This document shows, piece by piece, positions 39,866-48,434 of a stretch of DNA of 64,000 nucleotides (within the stretch, counting starts at the first letter, position 1; every line of letters begins with the position of its first letter). This DNA comes from Desulfurococcaceae archaeon (GTDB lineage Archaea; Thermoproteota; Thermoprotei_A; Sulfolobales; Desulfurococcaceae), in the NCBI GenBank assembly GCA_038824035.1, contig JAWBBW010000004.1, positions 34,243 through 98,242 of the forward strand, read 5' to 3'. The position numbers were made by a program, and so were the translations under genes. The notes under the pieces were generated by a model that was not told the DNA's origin, searched no databases, and was given only the letters and a program-made list of their open reading frames with translations.

Positions 39866-41535
39866 AACGACTCGACAACCCTCAATATATCGTTCTCATC
39901 TGCTTTAATAACGCGGAAGTATTTGTATGAAATAGACCTGAGGCTCTTATTGTCTCCCATCACCATTACTGTCAACAACCTCGTTCCCGCTCTTTTCAAA
40001 CCATTTTCAACTGTTTTCTCAGCTATTCTATCTATACCATCCGTTATCAATACCAAGTCGGATACTTTGCTCGATACATCTCTCTCTATATCGGATATGG
40101 ACACTAATATAGCCCTGGATATATCTGTGCCACCACTACCCTTAACACGGGCAATGTACTCTATTAACTTAACAACATCCCCAGCTCTGGGTCTCTTATC
40201 AACCTTGATCAAAGGATATGGCTGGCTGTCAAAAAACCTCATATAGAACTCTCTACCACTTCTCACAGCCTTCATGTATAAGCTGATTGCAAGCGCCTTG
40301 GCCCATGTGATCTTTGAACCATCCATGCTGCCACTATTATGAACCACTATGTTATTGGCAAAGAACAAGTGGCGTTTATCGAGCCTTATGTCATATGTCC
40401 TTGAAATACCTGTCTCAAATACTCCATAAACCCTGGCGTGCTGTATTTCGAAGTCCTTCTCATTCAGAGATAAAAGTATATCACCGGCTTTCAGTTCACC
40501 GGCGAATTTGAATAATACTTCGCCCTTATTTATAACTGGCAATATATGATTAGAAGTTGTCTTCAATATCCCTTTCTCCGTGACAATTCCATATACCTTG
40601 TCAATAGACATCGCCTTGTCAATCACTCTTGCCTTCTCAATCAAGGGGCCATTATTGCTCATGCCCAGTACATATAACTCCTCGCCTATCTCTATTTTTT
40701 CAATTGGTTTCACAACACCATTTGAAAGCATGATGGATGTCCCCTCGGCAAGGCATTTATCCAATAACACATAAATCGGGCCTGGTCGCTCTGATAGTAC
40801 TTTCTCATATAACAACAACTGCTTCTGCATGTACTTTAAGTAAAATATTTCCTGTGGGTAAAGAAGATTCGATGGAACTATCCTTTCAATGTCATTGCCC
40901 AGCTCGTAACCTGAGATCTCACCTTTACGAGCCCTTTGCTTAGCTAGCTTCCCACGTAATTCCCATTTCTTTGTCTTGCCTATGATCTCCATTATTTTTC
41001 TAACATCCACATCTTTTGCTAACCTTATGACATCTATCGCTAGATCTTCAAGGGAGAAATCCGATATAGTCCCAGGTTCTAGGCCCTCCATTACCGATCT
41101 CAGCTTTTTCACATCCTCGATATCCCTTAACACGTTTCTAACAGCCTTATCCACCAATTGATCGACGCTTTTGATCTTGGTTAAACCCGCTGTTCTAAGT
41201 GTGTTCTCTAATTCCATTAGGTTTGTGTATTCGGAGAGAAATAATGCTGATGCAACACTGCTGAGAAACGCGTCCAGGATGGTTTTACTTCTCAATATAT
41301 GCGTCACTCCGATTTTCAATAGATTGTTAACAATGTTCTTGACATATTCGTTCTCACTCTCTTCATTCACCAATGGAAGTGGTAGATAAAATACGTAGAA
41401 GGTGTCAATGGCCAGTGCCAGTGGGATATCCGTTTTCCTACCAGATAACAACCTTGTTATTTTCCTGACTTTCTCCCCTCTATAGATCACGAGGGGGTCT
41501 TCGTACTTGATATTGCTCAATGCCCCTTTTTCCAC
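39862..41535 (-). CDS. vWA domain protein (ViaA/CoxE-like) containing a mini-intein
   Basis: GYELGNDIERIVPS; GPIYVLLDK-[140-aa intein]-SGSM; GGTD; LITDG; downstream of a MoxR AAA+ gene. Confidence 0.88.
   Translation of the reverse strand: MEKGALSNIKYEDPLVIYRGEKVRKITRLLSGRKTDIPLALAIDTFYVFYLPLPLVNEESENEYVKNIVNNLLKIGVTHILRSKTILDAFLSSVASALFLSEYTNLMELENTLRTAGLTKIKSVDQLVDKAVRNVLRDIEDVKKLRSVMEGLEPGTISDFSLEDLAIDVIRLAKDVDVRKIMEIIGKTKKWELRGKLAKQRARKGEISGYELGNDIERIVPSNLLYPQEIFYLKYMQKQLLLYEKVLSERPGPIYVLLDKCLAEGTSIMLSNGVVKPIEKIEIGEELYVLGMSNNGPLIEKARVIDKAMSIDKVYGIVTEKGILKTTSNHILPVINKGEVLFKFAGELKAGDILLSLNEKDFEIQHARVYGVFETGISRTYDIRLDKRHLFFANNIVVHNSGSMDGSKITWAKALAISLYMKAVRSGREFYMRFFDSQPYPLIKVDKRPRAGDVVKLIEYIARVKGSGGTDISRAILVSISDIERDVSSKVSDLVLITDGIDRIAEKTVENGLKRAGTRLLTVMVMGDNKSLRSISYKYFRVIKADENDILRVVESF
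40336..40755 (-). mobile_element. Mini-intein (140 aa, no homing endonuclease)
   Basis: Block A CLAEGT; block B LKTTSNH (TxxH); block F TYDI..HLFFAN; block G VHN followed by +1 Ser. Removal restores DKSGS. Confidence 0.92.
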
Positions 41536-41545
41536 GAAATCATCC

Positions 41546-42709
41546 TCATAAAATTAATTTCCTCTTTATCAACTCGATTATGTGCTCTATTTCTGTGAGG
41601 ACATTTATAGCCCTGTTCCTGACAATGTCATCGCTCAGTTCCTTGACCATTTTCCGGATTTTGTCACGTGCTATTTCAAGCCCCTTTAAATACTCCAAGA
41701 GCCTTGGATCCAACTCAGTTGTAGACAATAAATATGCTTTCACCTCCTTGATGTTCTCCTCTATTTCTTCTAGTTCTCTAAGCCTTTTCTCCCTGGCCTC
41801 TATCTCCTCGATCAATATTGCATATACTTTGTCTAATTCATCCCGATCTCTCGGGGCTACGTATTTCAACACCATTAGGTCTTCTTCAATTGCCTTTAAC
41901 CTATTGTTTAGGAAAGCTTGTGCAGCTATCAATTTCAAGGCTTTCCCCTTTCTCCTATCCGTCAAATGTACCCCTTGATCCTCCATTATGGCGTATAATT
42001 TCAATAGTTTCTGCTTAACAGAGGATAGATCGACCTCGAATATCAATGAGTTGATTACCTTGAGCTCTTCGAGACTTAATACTGGTTTCGCGGCCTGGTA
42101 AACACCTTTCTCAATTCTCCAAACCGCGTCAACCAATTCACCCCACTTGTCTTCTCCAACTGGTTTTACGAAATGCCTTATCAAGAACCTATCGTATATG
42201 GCCTGGTATTCAGGCTCATCTGGCACATTATTACTTGCTGAGATCAGAGTCCACAGTGGCACTTTGATCTCGTTGTACCCATCATATATGATCCTCTCAT
42301 TCATCAAGGTCAAGAACATGTTTAACACAGCTGAACTGGCGTTGAATATTTCGTCGATAAAGACGATCTCCGCTTCTGGCAATTTATTACGCGTGATCCT
42401 AACATATTTGCCCTCTTTAAGCGCGTTTATATCCAACGGCCCGAAAAGCTCATCGGGCTCCGTGAACTTTGTCAATAGGTATTTGAAAAACCTCGCATTC
42501 AGTAAATCGGCCGCTCTCCTCGCAAGCGCTGATTTTGCCGTGCCGGGTTCCCCTATTAATATCACGTTCTCAGCGACCATTAATGCCAGTGTTAATACAT
42601 CTGCCTCCTCCTCTCTACCCACAAATGGTTTTCTAAGCTCTTTTCTAAATAAGTTCAGCCTCTCAGCCAGCTCTTCAGCTTTTCTATGGAGATCTTGCAA
42701 ACACAACAC
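41546..42709 (-). CDS. MoxR/RavA family AAA+ ATPase
   Basis: GEPGTAKS, LTKFTEPDELFGP, VFIDEIFNASSAVLN, ISASN, AIYDRF, LTDRR. Confidence 0.9.
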   Translation of the reverse strand: MLCLQDLHRKAEELAERLNLFRKELRKPFVGREEEADVLTLALMVAENVILIGEPGTAKSALARRAADLLNARFFKYLLTKFTEPDELFGPLDINALKEGKYVRITRNKLPEAEIVFIDEIFNASSAVLNMFLTLMNERIIYDGYNEIKVPLWTLISASNNVPDEPEYQAIYDRFLIRHFVKPVGEDKWGELVDAVWRIEKGVYQAAKPVLSLEELKVINSLIFEVDLSSVKQKLLKLYAIMEDQGVHLTDRRKGKALKLIAAQAFLNNRLKAIEEDLMVLKYVAPRDRDELDKVYAILIEEIEAREKRLRELEEIEENIKEVKAYLLSTTELDPRLLEYLKGLEIARDKIRKMVKELSDDIVRNRAINVLTEIEHIIELIKRKLIL

Positions 42710-42717
42710 CCATTTGA

Positions 42718-42768
42718 TCAGCGAGGTAACTCCTCACTCACATGTCAGATAAAACCAGGTCTCATCAC
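42718..42768 (-). ncRNA. C/D-box methylation guide sRNA (candidate)
   Basis: Minus strand GTGATGA - 13 nt - CTGA - cat - GTGAGTGA - 12 nt - CTGA; intergenic. Confidence 0.72.
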
Positions 42769-42827
42769 TGCCACGCTTGTTGTATCATGTTTTATCCCCC
42801 TAATAATTAATATCCCATTGATACTAA

Positions 42828-43310
42828 GTGCGCGCGACGTTAACGAGGGCTATGGATATGGACATGAGCGTATACCAATATTATGTCCTAGTGATATATC
42901 TGCTAAGTGATGTGGAAATAACCATTAGGGGTAATAAAGTCCTATTAAATAAGGGGGTCTACCTGTACGTTGGATCGTGTAAAGGGAGTGGAGGCGTATG
43001 GCCTAGGATCATAAGGCATCTCGAGTCGTCCAAAAAGACCAGATGGCATATAGATCAATTGACTACTAATAAGTTTTCAAGGATAATTGGGGTATTCGTT
43101 ATAAAGGGCAATGATGTTGATTATGAATCATTATTATCAAACGAGTTCTCAAAGATATTTAGGTATATTCCTCGTTTTGGCTCCAGCGATAAGCTATCTG
43201 ACCCCTCGCATTTATTCATATGTAATCACATAATCGACAAGTGCTTGGACAATGTGGTTAAGGTGTTTGAGGATAAAGACGTAGACTACATATGGATACA
43301 CAACGCTTAA
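42828..43310 (+). CDS. GIY-YIG (DUF123/Uri) endonuclease family protein
   Basis: GVYLYVGS, RIIRH, WHIDQL, FGSSD...SHLF. Real start is probably a downstream Met. Confidence 0.8.
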   Translation: MRATLTRAMDMDMSVYQYYVLVIYLLSDVEITIRGNKVLLNKGVYLYVGSCKGSGGVWPRIIRHLESSKKTRWHIDQLTTNKFSRIIGVFVIKGNDVDYESLLSNEFSKIFRYIPRFGSSDKLSDPSHLFICNHIIDKCLDNVVKVFEDKDVDYIWIHNA

Positions 43311-43361
43311 AAACCTTTTTCTCAATAACATATTCAACCAATATATCGAGTCGAATTCGAA

Positions 43362-43829
43362 ATGTATCCAAGTACGTCCACGAGAAAAGAGAGCCCTTCT
43401 CACGTAAACATAATGGATCTTAAACCTGGAATGGAGAACGTAGCCGTGAAGGTAAGAGTGATTAGTGTTGATAAGCCGAAAGTCATACAGACCAAGAAAG
43501 GCCCAAGGACAATAAGCAATGCAATGATAGGGGATGAGACAGGCCGAGTAGAGGCCACTCTTTGGGGGGAGAAAGCTGGAAGTATTGACAAAGGACAAGT
43601 CATCGAGATCAAAGGGGCCTGGGTCACAGAGTTTAAGGGCAAGGTCCAATTAAATGTGGGCAAATCAAGCACTATATCGCAATTGCCACAAGACGCTGTG
43701 AGCGAAAATATACCGGATCAAATGCCAAGAGGTGGGGGAGCAGAGACCAGGCAATATCGTGGAAGAAAACCTCCTAGAAGAGGTACGCGTGAAAGGAGGG
43801 GTAGCGAGGAAGGGGAGGAATATGAGTGA
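43362..43829 (+). CDS. ssb: Crenarchaeal single-stranded DNA-binding protein
   Basis: Single OB fold (DLKPGMENV, IGDETGRV..TLWG, GAWVTEFKGKVQLNVG), Gly/Arg-rich tail and acidic end. Confidence 0.9.
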   Translation: MYPSTSTRKESPSHVNIMDLKPGMENVAVKVRVISVDKPKVIQTKKGPRTISNAMIGDETGRVEATLWGEKAGSIDKGQVIEIKGAWVTEFKGKVQLNVGKSSTISQLPQDAVSENIPDQMPRGGGAETRQYRGRKPPRRGTRERRGSEEGEEYE

Positions 43830-44142
43830 AGACGAGTTAAAGGGAAAAGTCTCAGATACCACTTTAAGTAAATACAACGAGATAAAAAGCCTAAAACCAA
43901 CCAGGCAAGGGGAGTTCATAGGGGCGGAGGAGGATAAATTCTACATAGCCCTGAGCGAAGAAGATGTATACGAGTTATCACCACTAGCATACTATGTGTG
44001 GGCCATGTGTGATGGCGAACACAGCGTCAAAGAGATCGCAGAGACCATTGTAAAAGAGGCTATAGTGGAATACCATGAAGTCGTCGAGCCCCTTGTAATA
44101 GTCCTGGATCAATTGGAGAAAGTTGGGCTAATAAAGTACTGA
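43822..44142 (+). CDS. PqqD/RRE-like winged-helix protein
   Basis: YELSPLAYYVWAMCDGEHSVKEIA...LDQLEKVGLI. ATG 43822 follows GGAGG and overlaps the ssb end. Confidence 0.75.
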   Translation: MSEDELKGKVSDTTLSKYNEIKSLKPTRQGEFIGAEEDKFYIALSEEDVYELSPLAYYVWAMCDGEHSVKEIAETIVKEAIVEYHEVVEPLVIVLDQLEKVGLIKY

Positions 44143-44213
44143 AGGCATTATCAGCTGTGCTTAGCCATATTCGTGTAAAATTTTATTAATTTTTTAAAAA
44201 TTATCATTCATAG

Positions 44214-44264
44214 ATGACCGGAGACTCCAGTTCTGATTCAATGAAGAAACTCCACCCCTAGGGA
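44214..44264 (+). ncRNA. C/D-box sRNA candidate with two 16S rRNA-complementary guides
   Basis: ATGACCG - 12 nt - CTGA - ttca - ATGAAGA - 13 nt - GGGA; guides GACTCCAGTT and CTCCACCCCT; AT-rich promoter-like tract upstream. Confidence 0.65.
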
Positions 44265-44266
44265 TT

Positions 44267-45268
44267 TCATCTCCTAACGGCAAGTCCCACAGCATCTTCC
44301 AGTTTATCTATGCCCATGATCTCCAGCCACTTGGTTATACCGTCTATAATCTCCTGGATAACGCCCTCGTTCATCACAAGAGCCGTTCCAACTTGAAGTG
44401 CTTTCGCGCCAGCTAATATTAATTCAATAGCCGATTTCCACGAATATATACCACCACACCCTATGATCTCTGCTTCATGTTCTTTGAAGACATCGTATAC
44501 GACTCTCACCGCAATAGGATGTATAGGGGGGCCTGATAACCCACCATATATATTGGATAAAATGGGTCTCAATGTATAGATGTCTATTGCCATAGCTTTC
44601 AAGGTGTTTATCAGAGTCAACGCCATTGCACCGCCCTCAAGAGCTTTACCGGCTGATTCCACGACCTTATCGCTTAAACCCAATTTAACTATCACTGGTT
44701 TCTTCAACACAGATGAAGTGTCCTTGACGACCTGGTATACTAGAGAAGGATCTGCACCCATTTCTAGCCCAAAGCCCTTTGTATGCGGACAACTCAGATT
44801 TAGTTCTACTGCATCGGCCCCCGCATCCTCTGCTATTAATGCAGCCTTCACGAATTCATCTATATTACTGCCCCCAATGCTCACTATGATCGGCTTACCA
44901 TATAGCTTGGCTCTCTTGACCAGTCTATCAATACTCTTAACACCAGGGTTAGATAACCCTACGGCGTTTAATGCCCCTTGGTTTTCCAGTATTACGATGA
45001 TTGGTGGCTCAAAGCCTTTTCTCGGTTCCAATGTCATGGTCTTTGTCACGAACGCTGAGACGCCTCTCTTGGCCATGAGATCTATATGTTCTGGCTCAAA
45101 TCCGCCTAATACTCCACTCGCGTTCATAACTGGGTGCTCTATTGCCATGCCAGCTATATTGATTGCTATCTTTGTGTTATGTCTCAAGGTGTTTTCCCAC
45201 CTCTTTGCATTTAAACACCGGGCCTTGTCTACACAGTAGTACTGGGTATGGCTTGACAACGCAATCAC
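44267..45268 (-). CDS. pyrD: Dihydroorotate dehydrogenase B, catalytic subunit
   Basis: MNASG, TKT, NAVGLSNPG, ELNLSCPH, LINT, GGLSG, QVGTA. True start probably TTG 45187. Confidence 0.92.
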   Translation of the reverse strand: MIALSSHTQYYCVDKARCLNAKRWENTLRHNTKIAINIAGMAIEHPVMNASGVLGGFEPEHIDLMAKRGVSAFVTKTMTLEPRKGFEPPIIVILENQGALNAVGLSNPGVKSIDRLVKRAKLYGKPIIVSIGGSNIDEFVKAALIAEDAGADAVELNLSCPHTKGFGLEMGADPSLVYQVVKDTSSVLKKPVIVKLGLSDKVVESAGKALEGGAMALTLINTLKAMAIDIYTLRPILSNIYGGLSGPPIHPIAVRVVYDVFKEHEAEIIGCGGIYSWKSAIELILAGAKALQVGTALVMNEGVIQEIIDGITKWLEIMGIDKLEDAVGLAVRR

Positions 45269-45932
45269 CGCAAAAGCCTATTCCACATTTAACCATTGTT
45301 TCAAGGGATACGTATGTCTCAATGCCAAATTCATTCCCGGTTTTACATACATGGGTCAACATCTCTTTCGGACCAATAGCTATTATCGTGTCCCATTTAT
45401 CATCACTTCTCAACAACTCCAAGACATAATCACTTACATTTCCACAAAAGCCGGTTTTACAATCATTCGTGGCATAATAGACCTCTCCAACGCCTTTAAC
45501 AATTGATTTAACATCAAATAACATGTCGCTAGACTTCACGCCCCATACAACATCCACGTGTACTCCTAGTGAATTAGCAATTCTAACCAGGTATGGAAGA
45601 GGGGCTATCCCGGATCCACCTGCTACGAACAAGATCCTCTCTCCTTTTCTGGGCATATATCCATTGCCCAGAAACCCCTTTATACCCAAAACCCCTCTAT
45701 ACCTGCTCAAAGCCCTTGTCCCCTCACCGACGACTTTGAATAAAATGGTTATTTCATTATCCACATAATCGGCTATTGACATGGGTAATTCATCTACACC
45801 AGGGATCCATACCATGGTGAATTGCAATGGCCTTGGCTTTTCTACAACGTTTTCAAATATCCTCGCCTTCAGAATATGCATTGAACTACTTAGTTTTCTA
45901 TTCTCAGTCACCACGGCGTGGTAATACATCAT
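45177..45932 (-). CDS. pyrK: Dihydroorotate dehydrogenase electron-transfer subunit
   Basis: QFTMVWIPG, VGEGT, AGGSGIAP, SLETMVKCGIGFCGDC...LCRQGPVF. Confidence 0.9.
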   Translation of the reverse strand: MMYYHAVVTENRKLSSSMHILKARIFENVVEKPRPLQFTMVWIPGVDELPMSIADYVDNEITILFKVVGEGTRALSRYRGVLGIKGFLGNGYMPRKGERILFVAGGSGIAPLPYLVRIANSLGVHVDVVWGVKSSDMLFDVKSIVKGVGEVYYATNDCKTGFCGNVSDYVLELLRSDDKWDTIIAIGPKEMLTHVCKTGNEFGIETYVSLETMVKCGIGFCGDCVVKPYPVLLCRQGPVFKCKEVGKHLET

Positions 45933-45935
45933 CCA

Positions 45936-46541
45936 TCACTTATCGTTCTTAAACGACTTCAGGTAACTCTGTATTTCATTATATGTGTTCTCGTCAATTA
46001 ACCCATTTGAATAGAGTATTTCAAATAATTCAGTGACCCTGATCAATGCGTATAATTCTATGTTCTTAGCCACGAGTTTTTCCCTGGCACCTTGCTCTCT
46101 ATCTATTAGAACGATTGCCCTGATAGGTATAGCACCCACTTTTTCAAGGCTTTCAATAGCCCTCATTATCGATGTACCTGTCGTGACAACATCATCTATC
46201 ACCGCCACTTTCTTGCCAACCACATCCCCCTCCACCATTGATTCCGTGCCATGGTTTTTTCTATCGCTTCTTACATATGCAAGTGGCCTGTGAGTTAAAC
46301 ACGCCATATACGATGCCAACGGGATGCCAGCTGTGGCCACGCCAGCGAGTACTTCGACATCGCTTAATGGAGCATTACGTATTAGTAGTGAAACAATGCG
46401 CCAGGCTAGATCTGGATAACTATATAGCCTTCTCATGTCTATGTAAAATGGGCTCTCTAGTCCAGATGATAGCTTGAACTTGCCCAGCTTAACCATGCCA
46501 TGTCTATAAAGCTCCTTCACCACGATGTCTAACCACGACAC
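45936..46541 (-). CDS. pyrE: Orotate phosphoribosyltransferase
   Basis: FKLSSGLESPFYID, RSDRKNHG, VIDDVVTTGTS. Confidence 0.93.
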   Translation of the reverse strand: MSWLDIVVKELYRHGMVKLGKFKLSSGLESPFYIDMRRLYSYPDLAWRIVSLLIRNAPLSDVEVLAGVATAGIPLASYMACLTHRPLAYVRSDRKNHGTESMVEGDVVGKKVAVIDDVVTTGTSIMRAIESLEKVGAIPIRAIVLIDREQGAREKLVAKNIELYALIRVTELFEILYSNGLIDENTYNEIQSYLKSFKNDK

Positions 46542-47203
46542 GATCTCACCCGGTTGACTTGCTTGTTCTTAATCATGATTGCGGCTTCATACGGGTTTGA
46601 AGAATTCGTTATCGCCCTGCCTATGATCTCGTAATCGGCTCCGGCACATAGAGCGTCACCCGGCTCAGCGCCTTGAACGCCTATTCCAGGCGAATATATC
46701 TTGATCTTTTCTCCAATCATCTCTCTGACCTTTCTTATAATGCTCGGCCTCGTGGCTGGGGCCACAACACCATGTACATTTAGTTCGATCGCGTTGTTCA
46801 CCAATTCATTCAAATGCCTATCAATGTATTCCATCGAGCCTGGATGAGACATGGAGACCACTAGTATTAGTTTCAAGCCTAGTCTATCACATGTTGATTT
46901 CAACTCGCTAAGAGCGCCCTTAACGCCTACGAATCCATGGGCTATCACGGAGTCAAAGCCTTTTTCCGCTAATTTGTTCACAATCATCGACATTATATGC
47001 CCTATGTCCGCTAGCTTTAGATCAGCTATCAGCTCTTTGTCCGTATATTGTCTCAGTCTATGTGTTTTCTCCAAGCCGTATTCAAAGATATATGGTAATC
47101 CAATTTTGAAACCAGAGACAATGGGGTTCAATGAGTTGACTATTTCTTCTCCTACTCCTTCAACGCTGGAACTGAACGGTGGATCAAGAGCAACTACTAA
47201 CAC
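46529..47203 (-). CDS. pyrF: Orotidine-5'-phosphate decarboxylase
   Basis: VALD, FKIG, DLKLADIG, MSHPG, SPGIGVQG, IIGRAI. Confidence 0.93.
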   Translation of the reverse strand: MLVVALDPPFSSSVEGVGEEIVNSLNPIVSGFKIGLPYIFEYGLEKTHRLRQYTDKELIADLKLADIGHIMSMIVNKLAEKGFDSVIAHGFVGVKGALSELKSTCDRLGLKLILVVSMSHPGSMEYIDRHLNELVNNAIELNVHGVVAPATRPSIIRKVREMIGEKIKIYSPGIGVQGAEPGDALCAGADYEIIGRAITNSSNPYEAAIMIKNKQVNRVRSCRG

Positions 47204-47359
47204 GATGCCCGATTAGACTATTTGATGTGAGAGGTATATAAAACCTTATCCTGGCTTTGTTTGAAAACACGTATTGATATCTATGAATGCCTTTTGTGTT
47301 GAAAACGACTGATTCATTGAAACCACTTGGGGGATTCACCAGTATAAGTCCGGTTCTCT

Positions 47360-48427
47360 TCATGTCAAGACCTTATGTAATATGTTTTTCTCAATAGCCA
47401 TTTTGAGCTCTCTTGCAATTCTTCTACCAGTGCTCATTGGTTCATTCCAATATAGATAGGAATAGGGGCTCCCATCTATGTATAGATTTGTGCCAGCCAC
47501 AATCCTACCTGAGAACTCGAACACCACGATATCCATGGTTTCAGTGATAATGCTTTCCAAGCAGAAGGGGCCTATGACCCCTGGTGGTATTCTGTACGCA
47601 GAGTATTCGACAAACTTTTTACCATATTCCAGGATCTTGGGCAACAAGCTCTCCCTAAGCACAAGGGGCAAATTACCCACTACAATGAAAGATGGATCCA
47701 CGTTGAATTCCCCATACATGTTCACAGGTATTCTCCTTAAACCATCAACATTGCTTTCATATCTTATATCAGCACCCATGATCTCCAATCTATTCATGAC
47801 GGGACTATAAAAGTAGTGGTAATATGCAGGCGTGCCCACTACATATTCCTGTATAATGATCTCTTCGACACTTCTTATCAACCCCCTTTCAATGTATTCT
47901 CTCACTCGTTTCTCAACGATATCCATAGAGGATGATATAAAATATCCTTTCCCACCTTTCGCTCCCGGCAATTTCACGATAACGGGCCTATCGAGTTTTT
48001 CACCCAATTTATATGTCCTTGGTATTGGGATACCAGCGTTTGCGAGGAAATTCATCTTGGCTTGTTGATCTCCTTCAATTACGAATAAATGTCTATTGCC
48101 AAAGTAAGGTAATGATAAACCCGTTGCACAATCCAGCCCAATGTATTCAACTAAACTGCCATGGGGGATCATCACTGCATTGTTTTCAACTAATTTTGAT
48201 AGAACTATCTCGCTACATACGTCTCTCCATTTATCCACCACAATCATTTCATCAACTAGGTGTTGGAACTCTTTATAAAACCACTCCCTTTCTCTCAGTG
48301 TTATCAAAACCGTTCTCAAGCCCTCTTGCTTAGCTCCATGAATTATTTGAAGAGAGCTATGACTGGCTAACGTGGCAACTGAGATCTCGCCGGTTCTTTC
48401 ATATTTCTTGATCAGTTCTTTTACCAC
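47360..48427 (-). CDS. purP: Formate-dependent FAICAR synthetase (PurP)
   Basis: SHSSLQI, PHGS, GAKGGKGYF, RYESNVDG, LRESLL, GPFCLE, RIVAGTN. Confidence 0.85.
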   Translation of the reverse strand: MVKELIKKYERTGEISVATLASHSSLQIIHGAKQEGLRTVLITLREREWFYKEFQHLVDEMIVVDKWRDVCSEIVLSKLVENNAVMIPHGSLVEYIGLDCATGLSLPYFGNRHLFVIEGDQQAKMNFLANAGIPIPRTYKLGEKLDRPVIVKLPGAKGGKGYFISSSMDIVEKRVREYIERGLIRSVEEIIIQEYVVGTPAYYHYFYSPVMNRLEIMGADIRYESNVDGLRRIPVNMYGEFNVDPSFIVVGNLPLVLRESLLPKILEYGKKFVEYSAYRIPPGVIGPFCLESIITETMDIVVFEFSGRIVAGTNLYIDGSPYSYLYWNEPMSTGRRIARELKMAIEKNILHKVLT

Positions 48428-48434
48428 GACATCG

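Noticed and set aside
42828-43310. GIY-YIG gene as a free-standing homing endonuclease for the intein
   Set aside because: Its motifs match the widespread archaeal DUF123 family, it lacks extra DNA-binding modules, and it lies ~2 kb from the insertion site.
43732-43821. N-terminal extension of the PqqD-like ORF
   Set aside because: It overlaps ssb out of frame; ATG 43822 has a good SD.
36294-44142. Possible RiPP cluster (SagB-like dehydrogenase plus PqqD-like protein)
   Set aside because: The genes are ~7 kb apart in different units with no YcaO, radical SAM or precursor; stand-alone SagB-like genes are common in archaea.
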